This document shows positions 50,672 through 61,320 of a DNA stretch of 64,000 nt, piece by piece. Numbering within the stretch: position 1 is the first letter of the stretch; each line of letters opens with the position of its first letter. The stretch lies in NCBI GenBank assembly GCA_965153285.1, contig OZ229121.1; one strand, written 5' to 3'. The notes beneath the pieces are model-generated. The model ran no database searches. It was not told the DNA's origin and saw only the letters and a program-made list of their open reading frames with translations. The position numbers and the translations under genes were made by a program. Source of the DNA: Podarcis tiliguerta. Lineage: Eukaryota.

Positions 50672-52287
50672 ATGAGCGAGGGTATAGCGAGGGATAGGAT
50701 GAGCTTCCGCCATGCTTTTTCTGAGCAGCATCCGGAGGCTACAAACAGCCCCATTCTACACAAAGTTCTAACGGTGCTGGACCCAACAATCTATCGCAAC
50801 ATAGATTATGATATATTGTTGAGTGACCATAAAGAACTTCTAAAATGCAGCACATAACATTCGCGGGACATCACTACAATTTAGGAGACGCATGCCAGGA
50901 CCATAATGGGGGAGGACCATAATGTCACGGTCTTCCATGAGGATCTAGGGAAGAAGCTGGTTGTATCAGCTGAGAATTTGTAGCCATTACAACAAGCTCC
51001 CGCGTTGGGCGGAGGGCCCTTTTTAAGAGGAGGTATAGATGTGAGACAACAGAGATTGTTCCAAGGAACATACAACATGGGCCCTCCTTGCTTTCTTTCC
51101 CGGGAATATTGCTTTAGGTTGGGCATCCCTATTTCCTTACACTCAAATTCCTTTTGAGCATTACCAGCCACAGCACCCTGGCAGGAAATATGGAACGCCC
51201 AAATAACACAGGTACAATCATAGATGCTTGCAGTGTAGAGGACCCTGGTTTGGAGAGTCAAACCAGGGAAAGTAAAGCACTTCAGGACTTGGAAGAAGCC
51301 GCCACTTTCTGTGAAGCCAAAGAAGACCTCAAAACTTTTCCTGCTTTTGATAATGATGGCAATGAAGGTGCAGCGGCTCCAGCTCCTGCAAGAGGTTGGA
51401 TGACAAGGTGATCACCAAGTGCATTCCCCTTTGAAGAGCCAGGTCAGCTTTCCTCCAACGAAGATGAAGAGCAAGGCGATGGAAGATCTAAGCCATGAAT
51501 CTCCAGATACGTTTAGTCAAGCAGAATCTACTGCAAGCTTTGTTGGGGCAGCTAGTTCATAATCTTCAGAAGTTCCTGTGTACAGCAGCTCCTTGGAGGC
51601 TGAAGTGGCCGGTTCAGAAGAATTTCCTCTATATGGTTACTTCCAGGAGGCTATGGTGAACCCAGCCATCTCAAGCAGCATTGTTCACCCTAATGCACCT
51701 TTGGCCTTTTTCTCCACGACTGAACATTTAGCTTCAATCAGCAGCCCTGTACCTGCATCACACTTTCCAGTACAGCCAGCCTTCATACCATCTTCTACAT
51801 CAAGTCCAGATGTATTTATTCCTGTGCAATCCTGGTGCCAACAACCTTCTCTTCTATCTGATTGTGTTGCTGGGTACAGAGAGGGAGTTGTTATTCCTCC
51901 CTACTCCTGGCCCCCAAACACATGTGACCTGCCCAAGGACCTGAGAGTAGTGCAGTTCTTCTATAATAAAGACATTCAACATTATCCCCAGAACTGCTCA
52001 ATTCCTGTGATGTGCATCACTCCATCCAACAAGCAGTTTTCATCCAGTTGGTGCATCTGCACCTGGGGCACACACTGAAGCTGCAGTATCCTTTTCAGAA
52101 CCGTAAGTTCCTGTTCATAATCAAGTCCCCCCCCCCCGAAGAACCCCAGAAGCCTATTTTTGCACCATAGCATGGAGCCCACTACCAGTTAGTGCATTTG
52201 TACCCTGATCCTTCCCCCTTGGAGTATGCTGTGCCGTTCCATGTGGTCAGATCCAGTGCACTGCATGGTGCAGCTAGCTGTCTGTAA
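50672..52287 (+). pseudogene. ALG13: Intronless, disabled ALG13-like retrocopy (Tudor plus C-terminal region of long ALG13; OTUD4/ALG13 family)
   Basis: Collinear peptides HKVLTVLDPTIYRNIDYDILLSDHKELLK, FAGHHYNLGDACQ, NVTVFHEDLGKKLVVSAENL*PLQQ, IDVRQQRLF, LEEAATFCEAKEDLKTFPAF and PPYSWPPNTCDLPKDLRVVQFFYN match recalled ALG13 motifs ([116 protein letters not shown]). Frameshifts near 50850 and 50910, stop TAG at 50981. Confidence 0.85.
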
Positions 52288-55200
52288 AAGAACAATTTTC
52301 TAGTTGCCAAGCATTCCTGTGTTTCTTTTTCCTTTTTTCATGTTTCATTTGACACAATGATTTGTTATATAGAGGAGGGGGAAGTCTGTATATTGGGGAG
52401 AGGGGTTACTACACTGCACATAGCATGCTCTCCACATAAAAATTTATTTATTTATAAATTTATAAATTTAAAAGCTGTTCTCCTTTGCGTATGATGACAG
52501 CAAGATGGAAGAATTTCCAAAGCATTATTTTGGTAGTAGTGAATTATGTCAAAATGGTACTGCCTTGCCTTTTGACTTATGTGTTTTTAAGTCGCAGCAA
52601 AAAGCTGGAATGTACTTTAATGAAATGACTGCTTTTTGTATACAATTGTATTATGATGTTCCTGGGAAGAAAGACTGGCTGTGAATTGGGTCATACATAC
52701 AAATACACTGTCTTGCCAACTAAGGCCAACACTTCTTTCTTCAAAAACAGACCGAAAATCTTGACACATACTTATAATATAATAATAATAATACTTAACA
52801 CATTTTCCAAATGTAAACACTGTAGGACATACAAGCAGACACATCTTGTTTCAATCCCATTTTATAGTAAAAAGGGCATGAAGCTGCCCAGCAGAACCTC
52901 TCATTTAGTACATTTCTATCCCACCCTTCTTCCATCAAGGAACTGAAGGTGATGCATGTAGGATCTTGGGTGGTCTCTCATCCAAACTGAGTAGACTAAG
53001 ATCTGCTTTGCTTCAGCAAAGCTCCTGTGCGTAAGACCATGTGCCTGGGATATACTAGTATTTACACTATGCTAGGCAGAATATGATCAAGATAATGAGC
53101 TCAGAAACACTGAAATGAAAAGGAACAGGATTTGCAAGGCAGGACCAAAAGACTGCAGATATATGCAGAAATTCTAGGAAAGCAAGTTCTAGGGTTATTC
53201 AAATGCTGTTACCGAACAGAAAGTTACACACAAGACATATCATATCATATAATCAGAGATGTAGGATGTGTGAGGGCCTGTAAAGAATATTACATCTTTT
53301 GCAAGATTTGTATTAATTTCACAATTTCACAGCATTAAGTTATTACAACAAGTGGCAATGGCTACTACCTTAGATGGCTTTTTAAAAGGATTAGAGAAAA
53401 TCAGAGAGGATAGTCTGTCAACGTGTATTAACGATAAAAGCTAAATTGACTCCCCATGTTCAAAGGCCGTCTCTCTGAATACAAACTGCTGGGACCAAAT
53501 AGAGGATAGCTATTAACTTCATGCCCTGCTGTTGAGCTTCCTGGCAGTCTCTGATTGGCTGCTATTGAGAAAATGCCAGATTAGCTGGAGTTCTGGTCTG
53601 AGCCAATGGCCTATTTTTATACAAGATGGGGATAAGACCATTGGCTATTATATGGTAAGTTTAGGTTGAACTAAAGACAGGAAAGGCCTTTGTAGAGTTT
53701 GCAAAGGCTTTGCAAGGGACTTACAACAACATGCTGTGGCGTCTCCATCAGGGTTCCAGACAGCCTGCTATGCCCTCTCCTAGGACACTCCGTTCAATTC
53801 CTTTCCTTTGCTCACAGAAAAGCAACATTCAGTGGTACTACTGTGTAGGCTCAGTCCTCTTTAGGATGATTTTTTTGAGGAGGGGGAGTCACTTCCTTAG
53901 GCTACCCCCTTAAAATGATCCCCTGTGGTTCTCCAGAGCCTGCCAATAGACCCCTCTTGTTTCTCCGAGGCTCCAATTTGGAGTCACCTCTGATAGCATT
54001 TATCCACTGAGTTTACTATTAGAGGGAGTTAAGGAGGCGAGGAAACCAAAAGCGGGTAGGGAGGATAGGAAACAAAAATGTGTGGATGTTTTGCATCCAT
54101 ATTGAACTTTAAAATGAGTTTATGCCAAGTCTGAATATCCTCTCTGGACATCTGTTACATAACTGACTCAAACCTTGGTTGAATGAAAATGTATTCATCC
54201 AACCAGGAATTGGAATATCAACACCATAATCAATGTGAGAGGTCAACCCTTCTTCCTCTTACTTTGTCATTTCCTTTTCCTTAAGGTTAGCTGAAATGAC
54301 ATGAAAGAATACTCAATCATTATATTTGCTGTCATCAAAGAAGATGGCCATAGATGGAATTAAACCGCTTAGGGAAATATTCCTCTGTTTCTAACAAATC
54401 AAGCAGTTCATTTGTAAACAAGTCTTCTGTCTCCTAGCTTTCCCTCATTTACTTCCCAATTAGTTGGCCCAATTTTCACATGAATTCATCATAATGGATG
54501 CTCAGTCAGTTTAAAGAATTAGGCCACTTTCATGTATGGCAGGAGCTTGAAAAATGTATTATGTCTTTCAAGTATTAACACTCCTGAAAATACATCACAA
54601 AGGGACACTGCAAACAGAGCTCTGTGGAGAAGGAGGATATCTAGGGCTTTTTATTTTTCTATATCCCATCCTACTCCCAGTTATTTACCCAGGAAGCGGG
54701 ATTTTTGTGTATAAATATCTTCCTTGCTTTATTCAGAATTTCTACATAACATGGATTTTTAATATCAAAGAATACTGTCCAGGTGGAATGGTAGGAAGAA
54801 GGACAAGAGGGGCTTATGGGCAGGCAACCAATTTCTAAGTCAGAATCAATGGACTAATAGCAGTACAAGTCACAGGCTCCCTGAACCAGCAAGATTTTCT
54901 GCAGACTTTGTAAGTCTTGCCGTGGAGATACAAAATTGTCCTTTAAAAAACAATCAGAATCTGCAGTACATTGATCTACTGTACATTGCTCCACAAGATT
55001 CTGTAGTTAATGGAAATATGGAAGAAGAAAATCTAATCAAGCTCCTTACATAGTACTTGATTACCTGCAAGATTACCTGCAATTAAAAATATCAAAGCAT
55101 TTCACGCTTTTATTTTAACTCATTTAACCTAAAAACACACACAAGCACTTGAGGCCCTTTGAATGTGAACAGATGGGTTATTTTCCTTCTACGTTTGCAG

Positions 55201-55431
55201 CCATCTTAAAGACTATACAAAATTATTCAAGGTAGTTAAGTGGAAGCTGACTAGAAAGTGTCATAGAATGATCTCACATAACCAAGTGCTTAGAGAATAA
55301 AATGTCATATTGCCACACAGTGTTGATAGGTATGAAGTTAAATTTACTGACGAAACATTTCCTTACACATACGACACTATGGTCACAAAAGCTCCTAGAA
55401 TTCAAGAGAGCCCTGTTTCTCTCCTCCACCC

Positions 55432-55433
<2 letters not shown>

Positions 55434-55490
<57 letters not shown>

Positions 55491-55495
55491 TGTGC
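55434..55495. repeat. Compound (CT)n(GT)n microsatellite
   Basis: Seen directly. Confidence 0.95.
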
Positions 55496-56739
55496 ATATG
55501 GAGACACTCACCAGGACAGCCTAGAGCAACGGCCTTCAAATGCAAGATCTACCTCTAATTCACAATCTATAACATGGGACCCAATTTCACATTTGAGTTA
55601 TAATTAATAATGCACATTATTAATCCTAAAATGGCAATTCACCATAGCAATACTTCCAAATGAAAAGCAGTTATTTCTGCACTTAATCTTAGCTGAGAAG
55701 TGAATTGTAGGAGAAGTCTAGAAAGCCATAAAATAGACTAGAAAGTGAACAGAGTGCCCCTCCTGCTCCAAAGAGAGGTCCCTCACTAGAGGCATAGATA
55801 TAGAAAGGTGGGACATGTAGTTGGCCAGAAATATGTATCTTATTTAGAAAAGGTTCAGGCCTTTCTCCTGCCACATTGCAGCCCTCATGAAAAATTATAA
55901 AATAAGTGTCTCAACATGTCCTAGCTCAGACCCCCCTTGTACTGCTTCCTTTGGGCTAGTCAGCCGTAGATGGAATCCAATATGGCAGCAACAACTTTGC
56001 TACGTCCCACCTATGGGTCCTGACCCTCTGGCTGAAGACCTACGGCCTAGAGAAGTAGAGGTGTGCCTACAGTATGGATACAGAATTGCCTCTGTGCATA
56101 GAAAGTCTAAGTCTGCAATCCTATATATGTTTACCTGGAAGTAAATCCCAATGAACACAGTGTGGCTTAGTATTAAGTAGACAACACGTAGGATTGCACA
56201 GCAAGGCTCTTCAGCTTAGAAACATAATAGCACAATGGGTTATAGTAGAGAAACATTAATGAGATGAATGCAAACAGACCTGCAATATATCTTATTCTTG
56301 TAACTTAACTATGAGCTACTCAATTAAATTATCCAGTATCATTAGTCAAGATGACCATGGGATGCAAACCAATGCCCTGGGTACCACCTGATCCTCTGGC
56401 TGCTAAATCCTGAGAAAGGGTGAAGCCTCTTGTAATTTACCTTTTCTTCATCTCCTGCAAGTAAGTCTGCACTTACTCTCAAATACCTAGGACTAACCAC
56501 TGTCAAGCTTAGGACAGGATAAGATATTCTTTTCCTTGCCACTTTCTGTCCCACGCCTCAAAACAGATGCAAAATGTGTGTTTTAGCAACACAACCATTA
56601 CTTGAAAGTAACTTGCATAGATTCAGACCTTACATACTCATCATTATCCAGAACTAGTTCATCTTCAGAAACTGTAGCAAGCGTAAGTTTATCTTTGTAC
56701 CAGCTGAGTGATGAGAAAAACAAACTTGGTATCTTAGAC

Positions 56740-56875
56740 CAGGCAGAGGCAAACTCAGCCCTCCAGATGTTCTGGGACTACAACTCCCATCAACCCTAGC
56801 TAACAGGACCAGTGGTCAGGGATGATGGGAGTTGTAGTCCCAAAACATCTGGAGGGCCAAGTTTGCCTATGCCTG
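56740..56875. mobile_element. Palindromic hAT MITE
   Basis: CAGGC...GCCTG termini, long internal inverted repeat (CCCTCCAGATG...CATCTGGAGGG), perfect 8-bp TSD TCTTAGAC. Confidence 0.88.
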
Positions 56876-57041
56876 TCTTAGACTAAGCAAACGATCTTCA
56901 ACTATTCATAGATATCACTCATTCATGTCTTGCTCAGGGCTTATTTTCTAAGAGCTAAAGTAGCAGGGTTCAAATTTGTCTCAAAATAGTTGCATCCACT
57001 GATCACAAGCTTTACTCCGTAATCCTAGATGTGTATAGGCT

Positions 57042-57082
57042 GTTTTATGGTTTTATGGTTTTATGGTTTTATGGTTTTATGG
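57042..57082. repeat. (GTTTTATG)x5 tandem repeat
   Basis: Seen directly. Confidence 0.9.
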
Positions 57083-58145
57083 CAAAGCCCTTCCATTCAG
57101 CGAAAATGCTGAAACTTCTCCTTCCTGGTCTTACCTCCTGCAATATCTCCACATAATTCAGAATATCTTCATTAAGCTAGTATTCTCCATAACTATACAC
57201 AAGGTCACCTCTTAGCTCAGACCCTTACATCAGCATGTTTTTATTTAGCTGTCAAGTTTCCTCTAGATTGCCACTTCTCTGTCTTCTGTTATATGGTCTC
57301 TATTGTTGCTTTGTGCTGCACAAAGTCATTCACTCAGGGGTCCTTGCATTATGATTTTGAAGGTACCACTCATACTTTCTGTCATGTTTCGTATGCTGAA
57401 GAAAGAGTGCCCACCTCATCTATTCAGGAAAGTGTTAAACTCCTTAAACTCTTTTTTTCTGAACTGCCCTAGCATCATATCAGCTCTTGCATTGCCTTAG
57501 GAATCTCCCTTACCCCAATCTCACTACTCATTGTCATACTGAAGACTCCCTTCCTTCATTATTGACTTCGCTAGCATTGGCACCATGTCCATTATATTCT
57601 GTAAAGAACTTAGCACATGGCCAGTAGTAGACAGAGTCACTGTAAATTTTTTGTCTGCGGCAACGAAGAATTGGTAACAGGCAACCAAGTAAAAAATGAT
57701 TTGTAAACTGTGGCAGTTGGGCTTCCTTCCGTCTATACGCCATCAGGGTGCCACAAAACAACCACAAGTATTTATTTATCATATATTCTCTGCTTCCTCC
57801 AAGAAGGTCAAGAGCACAATTTTAACTTTACAACAACCCTCTGAAGTTAGGCAGAGGAAAGTGGCTCACCTAAGGGCACTCAGTCAGCTTCATAGTTCAA
57901 CAGAGGTTTGAATCCATGCTTCCCATGGATTCAACAAAATGGTGCAGGGTAGTAACTTCTGTGGGCTTATTTGCAAGGTTGACTTACAGTAATCTAAATA
58001 GATACTATAAAAATGCACAAATGTATAAGCTGCATAAGTAATAAGATTTCCCTTCCAGCTACAGTGGCAAGAAAATCTAGTTTGGCACACAGCTCATGCC
58101 ACTTGGCACCAGCAAACTACACCTAAAAGGGGGTGTAGCAATACG

Positions 58146-58291
58146 TCATAGAATCATAGAGTTTGAAGGGACCCCGAGGGCCATCTAGTCCAACACCCTG
58201 CAATGCAAGAATCCTGCCCACAGCTGTCCCTGGGTGGGTTCTAACCACCAAACTTCTGGTTAACAGTCAGATGCACTGACCCATTGCGCCA
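58146..58291 (-). mobile_element. tRNA-Asn-derived SINE with CR1-type 3' tail
   Basis: Minus strand reads TGGCGCAATGGGTCAG...CTGTTAACC...CCCACCCAGGGAC (tRNA-Asn-like), followed by the same body and CR1 tail as the 8447 copy. Confidence 0.75.
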
Positions 58292-61038
58292 ATATCTGCA
58301 GAGGGGAGGATAGAGGTATACCCATGGATGAACTGGAGAACAACCTGGCAGCATTTGATTTAAATGGCCAGTACCACTGTAGAGTGACCCAAATCTGGGG
58401 TTAAGGTATTTCCTAGTCCTTTTAACCGAGAATGTTTAAATAGAAGTAGCAAGGAATGAACCTCAGACCTTTACACATGCAAAGCATATGTTCTGTCACA
58501 AACATGGACCTTCCCCATATACTGCTCTGAGTTCCTTGGAATAACAGAAGTATAACAAACAGCAAAATTCCACCTTATTACATGTAGTGCAACTGTGAGC
58601 AAATGGATGTGGATACTTTCCTATCAGAATGCAGAAAGGACTAAGAAGTCGTCTCTACTTATACACAGATAACAGCTGTTGTACGACTACCAGCCATGGC
58701 ACATTCATATGCCTCTTGTTTCACAACAGCTGTGCATAGAATGCACCCATGTACCAAGGTGTCTGTAGCACTGCATGGTGCAATCATGTGCTGCACTGCC
58801 ACATCTTATTGAGATGGAGGCTGCATGAGTTGCATTCCTAGATCTGTAAGAGTACATCCATGATTGGCCTTTTCAGGGAACCATTGTTGTTACACAGTAG
58901 GGCCCATAACTAGTGAAAGCATTTTCTGTTGCTAATCTGCCCATAACTGATAAAATTTTTACTTACATGCTCAAATGTAGATTTTTTAAAAAGCTATTTA
59001 CCCAACTAAATTGCCTTCCTCTTCTTTATTAAGCAAATTTACTCAGAAACCTTCAGATACATTCTGCAGCATCAAACTCCTTGTAAAGAGATTTCTTTCA
59101 AGGGTAAGAAAGAACACATTCCCTTGAGGTGTATGATATAAATATCTGTGGTACAACAGACACACATACAAAAGAAATGTCCTCTATGATTATTGTGTTC
59201 AAATGTGTGTGCCAAAGAATTCCATACCTAAATTTCTAATACAAAGAAGTTCAGAGTACTAGCGTGAAGAATTCCTAAAGAAAGAAAATTAAAACATTCC
59301 TTTACAATACTTTAGTAGATTCCCTAACCTGTTGCGTATTCTAATATATTTTTTAATCATTTCAAAACCATGCATTTATAAGATAATGCCATTTATTTCA
59401 TGATTTTGACATGTGGAACTACATCTTCCCAGCCATCTTTGCATCACATTAACCACTTTTTGTTTACATATGAACAATAAAGATTTTTGCAGGGGATGCT
59501 ATATATTTGTGTTCTTAATATGTGGTATATACACAAACACTTAAAATAGTTTGAAGACTACTTGGAAATTTATAAGAAGCTTTATGCCATATGTGTCTTG
59601 CACAAGTTAATTTCCATGTTGATGCAAATAAATCTGAATATTCCTAAAATATTTTGCAGGAGCTGAAAGAAATTGGCCAATCCTAATCTGTAGTTCATCT
59701 ATCAATGCTTTTTTAACCTTTTAAATCAGGGAAAATGAATTAGGGCTTTTAAGGCTGTACCAGCAATTATGAAAAATACTATCGCATAATGAATATATAA
59801 CACAATAAAATTATATAGACATATATGAACCCACTACACACACACACACACACACATTTTTCAGCCACTGAGAAATAATCCTGGAGAAGGGATAAAAATT
59901 ATTAAAGAATGGCATAATTCTTCACATACCTCAAGAGGATTTTTTTTAAGCAAGGGGGAAAAATCCAAACCCTGGCTCTAGTCTCACAAAACAACAAAGG
60001 ACTGTGACGACATGTCTGTTATGGTGTACACTGTACTTCACGTATATGGATTTTAATATTTTATCTATATTTTTACACACACACGCACAGTGTGGTATAA
60101 GGTTGTAGGCTGCATTTCGTTAGAAGAAAAGAGGAAATGATACAATAGATCAAATCTTGCCCCACCTTTCCCCCCACCTTTTCTTGGTGAAACGAACATA
60201 AATTGTTTAGGAGCACCACAGCGCCACCAACACAGATCAATACAAAACAAAAAAGATTTCCCACCGTGTGCAAAAAAAAAAAAAAAATCGCCTAGAAAAA
60301 TGCCAAAAATTACAAAATGTCTCCCAAATGCACCTTCTCAAAAGAAGAACACGACACCTAGATGAGGTATACTCCTTAGGAACCTTTATATAAAGAATGC
60401 TTTGAGATGAGTGACCAAAAAGCAGCTTACTGGCGAATAAAAAAGGCCAATGTTTAGTAACAGGCATAACTTAATAAAAACCCAGTTATGTCAATACCCT
60501 CCTTCAATACACGAAGGGCAGTTTCTCTGGTACTTTACACCAAGCGAAACCACCCCCACCCCCTAATTAGTCACAACCACTAATATCTTAAAGGGTATTC
60601 CTATTACAAACAATACATTTTCTTTCTTTCTTTTCTCTCTCTCTCTCTTCTCTCTCTCTCTTTGTATTATATTTTGTTCCGCACGTATTTATTATTAACG
60701 TTAGAGAGTCCAACTCCACCTTGAAAATATCCGAGTTCTTGATGGCGCCATAAAAAAAAAAAAAAATCAAAGTACAAATATATAGTTAGAATACAGTCAC
60801 TCCTAGGGAGAAAAGCAAGATAGGTTTATAATACTCAGAAATAATGAGACGACGTTTAGTGTGCTTAATTAGGAGAGCTCAGACCTCGGGGTGGGGGTGG
60901 CGCGGGGGGGGGGGAACAAGCCTACATTAGATTCATCAACATTAAGGAACATGATTATTATTATTCTTTTTGCGCTAGCCGATTGCCGCGAAAAAGAAAA
61001 TATAAACATACATATTTGAAAGACTGGGGAAAACTTAC

Positions 61039-61320
61039 CTCGAAAGGCAAGCAGACAGCTGCCTCCTCACAACGACGGGAAGAAAATAGGTTGTGTATAG
61101 TTTCTCGCTTGCAGATAGCCGCCTCCACGCAGCCAAAGGATCCCCGAACATCTTGAAAAAACCTTTGCAAACGACCACGGAGACCCTCTCCCAGGATCGG
61201 CGGCGGATCCCGGAGGTTTTTTTGCTCGGGATCTGTGGGGGGCGTTTGGGTAAACCGGAGAAATATCCAAAGAAGATTAAAAGCAAGAGGCGGCAGGAGC
61301 CAGAAGACTCTGGGGTTAAC
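61039..61320 (-). other. EPC1: Probable distal alternative first exon of EPC1 (5' end approximate)
   Basis: CpG-enriched block about 60880-61340, a consensus donor GAG|GTAAGT at 61039/61038 in EPC1 orientation, and a CCAAT box (CCAATCAG) near 61348-61355 upstream. Confidence 0.6.

Noticed and set aside
51578-52078. 166-aa ORF as an independent gene
   Set aside because: GTG start. It is an open fragment of the disabled ALG13-like copy.
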